Positions 30,561 through 38,092 of a stretch of DNA of 60,794 nt are shown here, piece by piece. Every line of letters starts with the position of its first letter. The first letter of the stretch is position 1. Position numbers and translations under genes: made by a program. A model generated the notes under the pieces. It worked only from the letters and a program-made list of their open reading frames with translations. It was not told the origin of the DNA and ran no database searches. Origin of the DNA: Vicinamibacterales bacterium (GTDB taxonomy: Bacteria; Acidobacteriota; Vicinamibacteria; Vicinamibacterales; UBA2999); assembly GCA_050742335.1 (NCBI GenBank), contig JBOGIR010000130.1, positions 1 through 60,794 of the forward strand. The letters are read 5' to 3'.

Positions 30561-30668
30561 TACGGAACACCGAGACACCGAGACACTGAGAAACGCCAAT
30601 GATCTGGCCTCGGTGCCTCTGTGCCTCGGTGTTTCGTGATCATCAGGTGAAGTGAGTTCAGGTTCTGG
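30561..30668 (+). repeat. Family B extended element, copy 3
   Basis: A direct repeat of 28183-28290. It fills the gap between the response regulator and histidine kinase genes. Confidence 0.85.
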
Positions 30669-30681
30669 ATAGCGTTCTCCA

Positions 30682-32619
30682 ATGCGTTTGGGCATCAAAG
30701 GCAAGCAGATCGCCGGTGTGACGGCCATCGTCGGGGTGGCGATGATGACGCTGAGCGCCCTGTACGTGACGCGCGTGGCCGGGGTCGTGCTGCATGAGAG
30801 CCACGCACGCGGTCAGCTGCTGTCGAATGCCATCTTCCATCGCGCCCGCGAAGTGGTCACGGGGAGCGCCGAGCCGTACACGGCGCTGCGCGCCGACCCC
30901 GGGCTTCGCGCGATCCTCGAGTCGAGCATCTACAGCGAGAGCGCGACCGGCGCCGTGATTCTCGATACCAGCGGCACGATCATCGCCAGCAGCGACCCCA
31001 CACGCGAAGGACTGCGTCAGGCCGAGCGCCCCGACCTGGCGGCGCTTCTCGAGCAGCGGCCGTTCGACCAGCTGCGCGTGATCTATTCCGAAGACGGACA
31101 GACGCTCGAAGTACGACAGGCGATGCTGCTTGGCAACGAGGCGTTCGGGTCGATTCGCATCGGCGTCTCGACGGTGCTGATGCGGCAGGAGCTGGACGCC
31201 GCGCTGCGCCCGGCCCTGATCACCGCCGCCGTGGCGCTGGCCGTTGCGGTGTTCGTCGCGGCGCTGCTGGCGCAGTTGCTGCTCCGGCCCATTCATGTCC
31301 TGCGCAGCGGTCTGACGCGCCTTGGCAAGGGGGAGTTCGGCGTCACGCTCGATCTGCCGCAGGATGACGAATTCGGCGAGCTGGGCACGTTCTTCAATGC
31401 CGTCAGCCAGCAGCTCTCCGCCGATCGCACGCAGCTCGCGGGGCAGAAGGCGAGCCTGCAATCGGCCGTCGAGCATCTCGAAGACGCGGTGGCCTTGTTC
31501 AACCCATCGGGCGAGCTGCTCTTCAGCAATCGCGCGATGCAGCCGGCGCTTCCCGCCTCGGGGGGCACCATCCAGGATCTGTTTCCGCTGGGGCACCCGT
31601 ATCGCACGATCGTGGAGGAGACGCTCGCCTCCAGACGATCGCGCGGTCCGGTGCAGATACGGGTCGACGTGCCACGGACTCCAGATGATCAGGCACCCCC
31701 GAACAGGTCCGAACCAGGAACCGGGAACCAGGAACCAGGCGCTGACGAGTTGCTGGTCATGACCCACGCCATCGAGAGCGCGGACAGCGGACTCGTGGGC
31801 GTGCTTCTGGTGTCGCGGAATCTCGCCTATCTCTCCCGCGTCCAGTCGACCATCGCTTACTCGCGCAAGCTGGTGGCCCTCGGGAGGCTGACGGCCGGCA
31901 TCGCCCACGAGGTGAAGAACCCGCTGAACGCGATGATGATTCACCTCGAGCTGCTGCGCACCAAGATCAAGAGCGGTGTGCTGGCCAGAACGCCACAACC
32001 AGTGGTGGCGTCGGGGGTGGGCCTTGGCCTGGCTGCTGCGCAGCAACCGCCCGACCCGGCCGTCCAAAGCACCCTCCAGCACGTCGAAGTGATCGAGAGT
32101 GCGGTCCGGCGCCTCGACGAGGTCGTGCAGGGATTCCTGAAGTTCACGAGGCCCGAAGACCTGCAGTTGCAGCCGGTGAGTATTCCCGCGCTGTTCGAGG
32201 AGATTCTGCCGCTCATCGAGCCCGAGGCGAAGGCCAACCACGTGAAAATTGTCCTCGACGCGCCGGGATCGCTGCCGGACGTCAACGGCGACGCGGCAAT
32301 GCTCCGGCAGGCGTTTCTCAACCTGGCGATCAACGGCTGTCAGGCCATGCCCGGGGGCGGCACGCTTCGACTGGCAGCCTCGCCCGCGCCGCGTGACAAG
32401 GTGGAGGTCCGGGTCGAAGATACCGGCATTGGCATTTCACCAGATCGTCTCGGAAAGATCTTCAACCTCTACTACACTACAAAGGACCGCGGCACGGGGA
32501 TCGGTCTCTCGATGGTGTACCGCAGCATTCAGATGCACGACGGCGAGTTGGAGGTTCAGTCGACGCCGGGACGCGGCACGACGTTCCGCATCCTGCTGCC
32601 GAGGGCCAGGGAGGTCTAG
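30682..32619 (+). CDS. Sensor histidine kinase (TM - sensor - HAMP - PAS-like - HisKA - HATPase)
   Basis: HAMP is LLRPIHVLRSGLTRLGKGEFGV. The H-box is LGRLTAGIAHEVKNPLNAM. The N-box is LNLAINGCQAM and the G-boxes are EDTGIGI...GTGIGLSMV. It carries an in-frame heptamer insert at 31711-31738. Confidence 0.85.
   Translation: MRLGIKGKQIAGVTAIVGVAMMTLSALYVTRVAGVVLHESHARGQLLSNAIFHRAREVVTGSAEPYTALRADPGLRAILESSIYSESATGAVILDTSGTIIASSDPTREGLRQAERPDLAALLEQRPFDQLRVIYSEDGQTLEVRQAMLLGNEAFGSIRIGVSTVLMRQELDAALRPALITAAVALAVAVFVAALLAQLLLRPIHVLRSGLTRLGKGEFGVTLDLPQDDEFGELGTFFNAVSQQLSADRTQLAGQKASLQSAVEHLEDAVALFNPSGELLFSNRAMQPALPASGGTIQDLFPLGHPYRTIVEETLASRRSRGPVQIRVDVPRTPDDQAPPNRSEPGTGNQEPGADELLVMTHAIESADSGLVGVLLVSRNLAYLSRVQSTIAYSRKLVALGRLTAGIAHEVKNPLNAMMIHLELLRTKIKSGVLARTPQPVVASGVGLGLAAAQQPPDPAVQSTLQHVEVIESAVRRLDEVVQGFLKFTRPEDLQLQPVSIPALFEEILPLIEPEAKANHVKIVLDAPGSLPDVNGDAAMLRQAFLNLAINGCQAMPGGGTLRLAASPAPRDKVEVRVEDTGIGISPDRLGKIFNLYYTTKDRGTGIGLSMVYRSIQMHDGELEVQSTPGRGTTFRILLPRAREV
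31711..31738 (+). repeat. Tandem heptamers gaaccag/gaaccgg (4 units) inside the kinase gene
   Basis: gaaccaggaaccgggaaccaggaaccag encodes EPGTGNQEPG within an otherwise unalignable linker. Confidence 0.7.
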
Positions 32620-32624
32620 ACGCC

Positions 32625-33203
32625 ATGCACCAGGCACCAAGCACCGGGCCCCACGCACGAATCTTGTGCCTTGTGGCGTGTGCCTTGATTGGGGTCGCAG
32701 TGAGTTCCTGCGCGAAGGCGCGCGCCGAGAGCGTGCCCGACGGTCCTCCGCTGCAGATTCCGGCGCCGCCGGAACACGTGTTGGTACCCGTGAAGCTGCC
32801 CGTGGAAACCGCGGCGGCGCCGGAGCCCGAACTACCCCCGCCCCCGGCTGCGGCGGCTCCCGGCACACCCCCACCAGCACGTCCCGCGCCGCCGAAACCG
32901 CAACCGGCGCCGCCCGTGGCTGCGACGCCAGCGCCGCTGCCGCCCGAGCCGCGCGAGCTCACCGCGCCGTCGCCCGCGAGTGGCGCGAACGAGCGCAGCG
33001 TGCGCGATCTGCTGACGCGCGCCGCGCGCGATCTGGGTCGCGTTGATTACGCCCGGCTGAGTGCGGATGGTCGCGCGCAGTACGAACAATCGAAGCGGTT
33101 CGGCGAGCAGGCGGAGCAGGCGCTCAAGGAACGCAATCTCATCTTTGCCGCGACGCTCGCCGACAAGGCCGCGACGCTGGCCGCAGAGCTCCAGGGTAAG
33201 TAG
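32625..33203 (+). CDS. Proline-rich hypothetical lipoprotein
   Basis: 192 aa. Lipobox GVAVSSC, a long PAPPxP-type tract, and a helical C-terminal domain. It starts 5 nt after the kinase stop. Confidence 0.5.
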   Translation: MHQAPSTGPHARILCLVACALIGVAVSSCAKARAESVPDGPPLQIPAPPEHVLVPVKLPVETAAAPEPELPPPPAAAAPGTPPPARPAPPKPQPAPPVAATPAPLPPEPRELTAPSPASGANERSVRDLLTRAARDLGRVDYARLSADGRAQYEQSKRFGEQAEQALKERNLIFAATLADKAATLAAELQGK

Positions 33204-33294
33204 TTTCCACACCTCCAGCGGTTCACGGTTGAGCCGGGCCAGTGCGATCGGCTCGAAGTCCGGGTGATCTTGCCGCGCAGGCGCGTCGTGACGT

Positions 33295-33310
33295 TGGCAC
33301 ACCGCCTGCT
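33295..33310 (+). promoter_or_regulatory. Candidate sigma-54 promoter (-24 TGGCAC, -12 cTGCt)
   Basis: TGGCAC-accgc-CTGCT. The GG (33296-33297) and GC (33308-33309) are offset by exactly 12 nt, as in the consensus TGGCACG-N4-TTGCW. It lies downstream of an NtrC-type two-component system, with no ORF start within the next several hundred nt. Confidence 0.45.
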
Positions 33311-33316
33311 GTAAGT

Positions 33317-33540
33317 GGGGACAGTTCGAAAGTCCCCGCCCCGCCGCGAAAGTGACGGGGCATATCCCGCAAGACCACCCTGCCTGTGCACCTGGGGGAG
33401 ACGCCGAAAGGCGGCTCCCTCCCACCTTCGCTCCTCGCATTGTTTCGCAGTGCTCGGAGCTTCGGCGGGCAAGCCCGCTCATGGGGTGCCTTGTCCGCCG
33501 AAGCGCCGCCATCACTTTTCTTGCAGCGGCGCGAAGGCGG
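33317..33540 (+). ncRNA. Candidate structured RNA or stacked hairpin region downstream of the sigma-54 motif
   Basis: The hairpins are ggggac-agttcgaaa-gtcccc (33317-33337), ccccg..gaaa..cgggg (33339-33360), gggag.cgcc-gaaa-ggcg.ctccc (33396-33419), gcttcggcgggcaag...cttgtccgccgaagc (33459-33504) and gcgccgc...gcggcgc (33503-33532). I found no credible ORF. Confidence 0.35.
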
Positions 33541-33555
33541 ATGCGAGAATTGAGG

Positions 33556-33604
33556 AAGCTAGATATTGCGTTTGCCCTATAAGAAAGTCCCAAGATGTTG
33601 TGGT
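33556..33604 (+). promoter_or_regulatory. Two candidate NrdR boxes spaced 32 bp apart
   Basis: The boxes are aagctagaTATTGcGT (core at 33561) and tcccaagaTgTTGTGg (core at 33593). Each matches about 11 of 16 positions of the ACACWATATATWGTGT-type consensus as I recall it. They sit just upstream of the -35. Confidence 0.35.
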
Positions 33605-33610
33605 TAGCCC

Positions 33611-33639
33611 TTGACAACCCTGAGGACTGGGCTCAATAT
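33611..33639 (+). promoter_or_regulatory. Sigma-70-type promoter for nrdJ: TTGACA - 17 nt - CAATAT
   Basis: TTGACA at 33611-33616 and CAATAT at 33634-33639, with a 17-nt spacer. It lies about 150 nt upstream of the nrdJ start. Confidence 0.45.
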
Positions 33640-33793
33640 GGCCGGGCGCTCAAAACGGAAAATGGTTTGTCGGGAAGCTCCCAGCGTTCCGGCCGCCGCG
33701 CACGTTCTGCAGGATGTCTCGAGCGTAATCACAATCAAGACTTACTGAGCACCGGCCGGGGTAGGTGCATCCGTTCGGTTCGGAGGGAGAGCA

Positions 33794-36757
33794 ATGGACG
33801 AGAGAGGCCCTGCGCGCGAAGCAGCCCCATTGGGTCAGCCAGAAGCGGTGGGGACACCGGCACTGCAGGGTGATCCGTCAGTCCGCGCGCGCAAGACTGC
33901 GGAGATGAAGGCGCCTGAGGTGCAGGGCCTGGAGTTCCCCCGCTATTTCACGCTGCCGGGTATCGATCCATTCGACGAGGTGGAATGGGAGATCCGCTCG
34001 GCGGTGATTGGCAACGAGCAGGGCAAGGTCGTCTTCGAACAGCGCGACGTCGAGTTTCCGCGCTTCTGGTCGCAGCAGGCCACCAACATCGTCGTGTCGA
34101 AGTATTTCCGCGGGCAGCTGGGGACGCCCGACCGCGAACGGAGCGTCAGGCAGCTGATAGGCCGCGTGGTCGACACGATGACGCAGTGGGCGCGCCAGGA
34201 CAAGTACTTCGCGAGCGAAGAGGCCCTGCTGGCATTCTCGGCCGAGCTGCAGCACCTGCTCGTGTATCAGAAGGCGGCCTTCAACAGCCCCGTCTGGTTC
34301 AACTGCGGATTCGAGAGGGCGCCGCAGTGCTCCGCCTGCTTCATCAACTCCGTGCAGGACACGATGGAGTCGATTCTGACGCTCGCCAGAACCGAAGGGA
34401 TGCTCTTCAAGTTCGGGTCGGGCACGGGCAGCAACCTGTCGTCCATTCGCTCGTCGAGGGAACTGCTTGCCGGCGGCGGCACCGCCAGCGGCCCCGTCTC
34501 GTTTATGAAGGGGTACGACGCGTTTGCCGGCGTCATCAAGTCGGGCGGCAAGACGCGCCGCGCGGCCAAGATGGTGATCCTCAACGCCAATCATCCCGAC
34601 ATCCTCGACTTCATCAACTGCAAGGTCGAAGAAGAGAAGAAGGCGTGGGCGCTCATCGACGCCGGTTACGACGGGTCGTTCACGGGTGTCGCCTACAACT
34701 CGATCTTCTTCCAGAACTCGAACAACAGCGTCCGCGTCACAGACGACTTCATGCGCGCGGTGCTGGATGACGACGAGTGGAAGACGCACGCGGTGACCGA
34801 CGGCCGGGTGATGGACACCTACAAGGCGCGCGATCTGATGCGAATGATTGCCGAGGGAACCTGGATTTGCGGCGATCCCGGCATGCAGTTCGACACCACG
34901 GTCAACGAATGGCACACGTGTCCGGAGACCGGGCGCATCAACGCGAGCAATCCGTGCTCGGAGTACATGTTCCTGGACGATTCGGCCTGCAACCTGGCGT
35001 CGATCAACCTGATGAAATTCGTCAGAGACGACGGCGAGTTCGACGTGGGCGCGTTCAAGGCGGCCTGCCGCGTCATGATCACCGCGCAGGAGATCGTCGT
35101 GCCGAACTCGAGCTATCCCACGAAGGCGATCGAGAAGAACAGCCATGAGTTCCGGCCGCTGGGCCTCGGGTATGCGAATCTCGGCGCGCTCCTGATGTCG
35201 CGCGGCGTGCCGTACGACAGCGACGAAGGTCGTGCGTACGCAGCGGCCATCACGGCGGTGATGACCGGCGAAGCCTACGCGCAGTCGGCGCGCATCGCCC
35301 GGGATCATGGCGGGCCGTTTGTGGGCTACGAAAAGAACCGCGAAGCGTTTCTCCGCGTGATGCGCAAGCATCGCGACGCGGTGGGGGAGATCAATCTGAG
35401 GCTGGTGCCCGCCGATCTTCATGGCGCGGCCAAACAGGCGTGGGAAGAGGTGGAGGAGCTTGGCGAGGACTTCGGCTACCGCAACGCGCAGGCCACCGTG
35501 CTCGCGCCCACCGGCACCATCGGCTTCATGATGGACTGCGACACCACCGGGGTGGAGCCGGACATCGCGCTGGTCAAGTACAAGAAGCTGGTGGGCGGCG
35601 GTCTGATGAAGATCGTCAACGGCACGGTGCCGATGGCGCTGAAGCGGCTGGGCTACACCGAGCCCGAAATCGAGGCGATCGTCCACTACATCGACGAGCA
35701 CGAGACGATAGAAGGCGCGCCGTTTCTCAGGGACGAGCATCTGCCGGTCTTCGATTGCGCCTTCAAGCCGGCCAGGGGCGAACGGTCGATCCACTACATG
35801 GGTCACATCCGGATGATGGGCGCGACGCAGCCGTTCATCTCGGGCGCCATCAGCAAGACGGTCAACGTGCCGCGCGAAGCGTCCGTGGCAGAGATCGAGA
35901 AGGCGTACATCGAGTCGTGGCGGCTCGGCGCCAAGGCCATCTCCATCTACCGCGACGGCAGCAAGCGCACGCAGCCGCTCAACACGTCGAAGGCGGGCGT
36001 TGCCGACACTCGCAATGCGGGCGGTACATCTTCAGAGGTAGTGTCTGGCTTCAGCCGGACGGGGGACGTGCGCGAAGTGGTCAAGGAGGTCGTCAAGATT
36101 GTCGAGCGGCCGACGCGCCGGAAGCTGCCCGACGAACGTCCGTCCATCACGCACAAGTTCGACATCGCCGGGCACGAGGGCTACATCACGGTGGGTCTGT
36201 TCGAGGACGGCCAGCCTGGCGAGATCTTCCTGACGATGGCGAAGGAAGGGTCGACGATTTCGGGCTTTGCGGACGCGTTCGCACAGGCGATTTCCTACGC
36301 GCTGCAGTACGGCGTGCCGCTGCAGGTGCTGGTCGACAAGTTCAGCCACGCGCGCTTCGAGCCGTCGGGGATGACGAAGAACCCCGAGGTGCGCTTCGCC
36401 AAGTCGATCGTCGACTACATCTTCCGATGGATGGCGACGAAGTTCCTGTCGCCCGAAGCGCAGTTCCGCGCCGGCGTGAATATGCGCAGGGATCAGGAAT
36501 CAGGGGTTGGGGATCAGGGATCAGGGATCAGCGAACAGGGATCAGATCCGGAATCCGACGACCCTCGTTCATCGACCGGGGTAGCCGGAGGCCTCAGGGC
36601 CTCCGGGCAATCAAGACCGTCCGCAAAGCCCGCCGAATTCGCGGCCATCCAGACGCCGGAAGACGCGCCCCCCTGCTCGACGTGCGGCTCGCTGATGATC
36701 CGCAGCGGCTCGTGCTACAAGTGCGTCAACTGCGGGACGACATCAGGCTGCGCCTGA
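33794..36757 (+). CDS. nrdJ: Class II (adenosylcobalamin-dependent) ribonucleotide reductase
   Basis: 987 aa. The SD ggaggga lies before the ATG at 33794. FPRYFTLPGIDPFDEVEWE...ATNIVVSKYFRG...NSPVWFNCG...ACFI...GSGTGSNLS.IRSS.E...NPCSEYMFLDDSACNLAS. The C-terminus is a Cys4 ribbon CSTCGS...CYKCVNCG. Confidence 0.9.
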   Translation: MDERGPAREAAPLGQPEAVGTPALQGDPSVRARKTAEMKAPEVQGLEFPRYFTLPGIDPFDEVEWEIRSAVIGNEQGKVVFEQRDVEFPRFWSQQATNIVVSKYFRGQLGTPDRERSVRQLIGRVVDTMTQWARQDKYFASEEALLAFSAELQHLLVYQKAAFNSPVWFNCGFERAPQCSACFINSVQDTMESILTLARTEGMLFKFGSGTGSNLSSIRSSRELLAGGGTASGPVSFMKGYDAFAGVIKSGGKTRRAAKMVILNANHPDILDFINCKVEEEKKAWALIDAGYDGSFTGVAYNSIFFQNSNNSVRVTDDFMRAVLDDDEWKTHAVTDGRVMDTYKARDLMRMIAEGTWICGDPGMQFDTTVNEWHTCPETGRINASNPCSEYMFLDDSACNLASINLMKFVRDDGEFDVGAFKAACRVMITAQEIVVPNSSYPTKAIEKNSHEFRPLGLGYANLGALLMSRGVPYDSDEGRAYAAAITAVMTGEAYAQSARIARDHGGPFVGYEKNREAFLRVMRKHRDAVGEINLRLVPADLHGAAKQAWEEVEELGEDFGYRNAQATVLAPTGTIGFMMDCDTTGVEPDIALVKYKKLVGGGLMKIVNGTVPMALKRLGYTEPEIEAIVHYIDEHETIEGAPFLRDEHLPVFDCAFKPARGERSIHYMGHIRMMGATQPFISGAISKTVNVPREASVAEIEKAYIESWRLGAKAISIYRDGSKRTQPLNTSKAGVADTRNAGGTSSEVVSGFSRTGDVREVVKEVVKIVERPTRRKLPDERPSITHKFDIAGHEGYITVGLFEDGQPGEIFLTMAKEGSTISGFADAFAQAISYALQYGVPLQVLVDKFSHARFEPSGMTKNPEVRFAKSIVDYIFRWMATKFLSPEAQFRAGVNMRRDQESGVGDQGSGISEQGSDPESDDPRSSTGVAGGLRASGQSRPSAKPAEFAAIQTPEDAPPCSTCGSLMIRSGSCYKCVNCGTTSGCA
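36038..36060 (+). repeat. Family E hairpin copy in frame inside nrdJ
   Basis: gtagtgtctggc-ttca-gccggac encodes VVSGFSRT. The stem keeps pairing through a T.G wobble. Confidence 0.75.
36489..36548 (+). repeat. Tandem heptamers (gggatca-type) in frame inside nrdJ
   Basis: gggatcaggaatcaggggttggggatcagggatcagggatcagcgaacagggatcag encodes RDQESGVGDQGSGISEQGS. Confidence 0.75.
36585..36606. repeat. 9-bp perfect hairpin ccggaggcc-tcag-ggcctccgg in frame inside nrdJ
   Basis: It has the same stem and the same left flank (ggtagccggaggcc) as the intergenic element at 7403-7455. Confidence 0.75.
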
Positions 36758-36795
36758 GCGGTAGGCGGTAGGCGGTAGGCAGTGGGCAGTTGTAG
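36758..36795 (+). repeat. Tandem heptamers ggtaggc with TAG in three frames directly after the nrdJ stop
   Basis: gcggtaggcggtaggcggtaggcagtgggcagttgtag. TAG triplets at 36762, 36769 and 36776 fall in frames 1, 2 and 0 relative to the stop at 36755. Confidence 0.75.
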
Positions 36796-36818
36796 GCCGG
36801 GTCCTTTTTGGACCCGGC
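36796..36818 (+). terminator. Hairpin gccgggtcc-ttttt-ggacccggc downstream of nrdJ
   Basis: A 9-bp GC-rich stem with a T5 loop and no trailing U tract, so its role as an intrinsic terminator is uncertain. Confidence 0.3.
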
Positions 36819-36835
36819 GCAGTTGCGTACGTTCC

Positions 36836-36863
36836 GTACGTAGTGTCCGGCTTCAGCCGGACC
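36836..36863 (+). repeat. Family E hairpin; left 28-bp inverted terminal copy of the low-GC islet
   Basis: gtacgtagtgtccggcttcagccggacc is the exact reverse complement of 38437-38464. Confidence 0.85.
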
Positions 36864-36943
36864 GATATGGAATCCGGGTCTCTCCGACATCGTCAATAAT
36901 CGCCCTCGAAGGTTTTCGGTATGACAACCGATGATGCCGATCG

Positions 36944-37339
36944 ATGAATCTGGCTGAGAGGCTCCGTCACGACTGGAAAGGCGATCTTCGCGTCCTGCTT
37001 GCGGACGTTCGAGACAGCCTTGTCGTCTGTTCCCCCTATATCACGATGCGAGGCGTCGATTTCCTGCTCTCGCACTTACACGCGGATCAACGGTACTTGC
37101 TGGCGAAGCACGGTCCGCTACGAACGGAAGAACTGCACCCGCGCGTATCTGCCATCCACCCCGACTTGTGCGACGATTCGTTCGACCGCGTAATCAACGG
37201 CAGGCATTTTGGAAAAAAATGGAAGCACGCGGTGCAGTCCGCCCAGCTACGACTGAAGAGTCGAGTCCAGATTGCCATCATCGACGGTCGATGGACGTTG
37301 GTGTCAGGAATCACGCCTGGAACCAGGAAGCTCATCTGA
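36944..37339 (+). CDS. Hypothetical protein (orphan, islet gene 1)
   Basis: 131-aa ORF in the low-GC islet with no obvious SD. The N-terminus ...DSLVVCSPYITMRGVDFLL faintly recalls PLD-like nucleases, but no HxK(x)4D motif is present. Confidence 0.3.
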   Translation: MNLAERLRHDWKGDLRVLLADVRDSLVVCSPYITMRGVDFLLSHLHADQRYLLAKHGPLRTEELHPRVSAIHPDLCDDSFDRVINGRHFGKKWKHAVQSAQLRLKSRVQIAIIDGRWTLVSGITPGTRKLI

Positions 37340-37364
37340 ATAGGGTGCGTCACCGCTGGTCGGC

Positions 37365-37661
37365 GTGGAGGCCGTAACTCAGGAGCGAGACGCCGTGAAA
37401 CTGATGAAACGCGACCTGACATCTGGAACAATCGTGACGATGATTGACACGAACGTTTTCACCCGAGACGAGCGTGCCGCGATCTCAGACGAACTGCATG
37501 AGTTGCTCATCGAAGTCAGGGCTCGCGAAGCTGTGGCGATTACCGAGCGTGGTCTTGAAGTGCAACTTGAATATCTCCGAGCACTACGCAGCGCAGGCGA
37601 ACTCGTTGACTTCATCATGGATGCGCTTGATTCCTTCGACAAGAGGAAGGCGTGGGTCTGA
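37365..37661 (+). CDS. Hypothetical small helical protein (islet gene 2)
   Basis: 98-aa ORF. AGGAG at 37380 favours an internal GTG or ATG start near 37395-37404. The sequence is predicted mostly helical and acidic. I recognised no family. Confidence 0.35.
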   Translation: MEAVTQERDAVKLMKRDLTSGTIVTMIDTNVFTRDERAAISDELHELLIEVRAREAVAITERGLEVQLEYLRALRSAGELVDFIMDALDSFDKRKAWV

Positions 37662-37683
37662 GCCCGTCCTGAGCAGTGTCCGC

Positions 37684-37998
37684 TCAAGATTGATCCTCGT
37701 CCAGCACATGCCGCTCGTGCCACCGAAGCGTCTTCGCCTGCACGAACCCGATCTGTCGCTTCCTCGCGTCGGTGCGCAGCACCCATGCGATCTCTTCCAT
37801 CTCGTGAATGGACGGGTGCTGCCGGTTCACGTACTTCGTGCAGAACCTCACGGGAAACCGAATGCGTGACGACAGTGCGTGGCACTCGATGATTTCGTCG
37901 CGGAGTCGTGAGCCGCAGGCGACGGTGGCGTGACGACAGGTGTGACAAAGCGGCGGGTCACTGGTATGGGCGGTCCCGCCCTGAATCTTGACGTACAT
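37684..37998 (-). CDS. Hypothetical Cys/His-rich small protein (islet gene 3)
   Basis: 104-aa ORF with a good SD (aaggggagag) ending 3 nt before the ATG. Contains CHTCRH...C...C.H...C, which may bind metal. It converges on islet gene 2. Confidence 0.5.
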   Translation of the reverse strand: MYVKIQGGTAHTSDPPLCHTCRHATVACGSRLRDEIIECHALSSRIRFPVRFCTKYVNRQHPSIHEMEEIAWVLRTDARKRQIGFVQAKTLRWHERHVLDEDQS

Positions 37999-38011
37999 GG
38001 GCTCTCCCCTT

Positions 38012-38029
38012 CTAAGCGGTGCGTATCAT
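38012..38029 (-). CDS. Candidate 5-codon leader mini-ORF (MIRTA) upstream of islet gene 3
   Basis: On the minus strand, AGGAGG (38040-38035), a 5-nt spacer, then ATG ATA CGC ACC GCT TAG. The stop lies 13 nt before the ATG of the 104-aa gene. Confidence 0.3.
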   Translation of the reverse strand: MIRTA

Positions 38030-38053
38030 CGGCACCTCCTTCGATATGTCCAT

Positions 38054-38078
38054 CCGACGACGATGCCATCGTCGTCGG
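38054..38078. promoter_or_regulatory. Perfect 25-bp palindrome ccgacgacgatg-c-catcgtcgtcgg
   Basis: The 12-bp arms are exactly complementary. It lies between a TTGACG (minus strand, 38089-38084) and the mini-ORF SD. It could be an operator or an attenuator hairpin. Confidence 0.45.
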
Positions 38079-38092
38079 ACGGTCGTCAAGCT

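Noticed and set aside
33204-33793. Cobalamin riboswitch upstream of nrdJ.
   Set aside because: I could not find a B12-box-like motif. A B12-dependent class II RNR is also not the usual riboswitch target. I therefore described the structured region only as candidate hairpins.
36944-37661. PLD/HKD nuclease call for the 131-aa ORF, and a PIN-toxin call for the 98-aa ORF (MIDTNVF).
   Set aside because: The 131-aa ORF has no HxK(x)4D(x)6GSxN motif; the nearest stretch, LKSRVQIAIIDGRWTLVSG, has the wrong spacing. The 98-aa ORF lacks the later PIN acidic residues and is too short. The resemblance is too weak to support either call.
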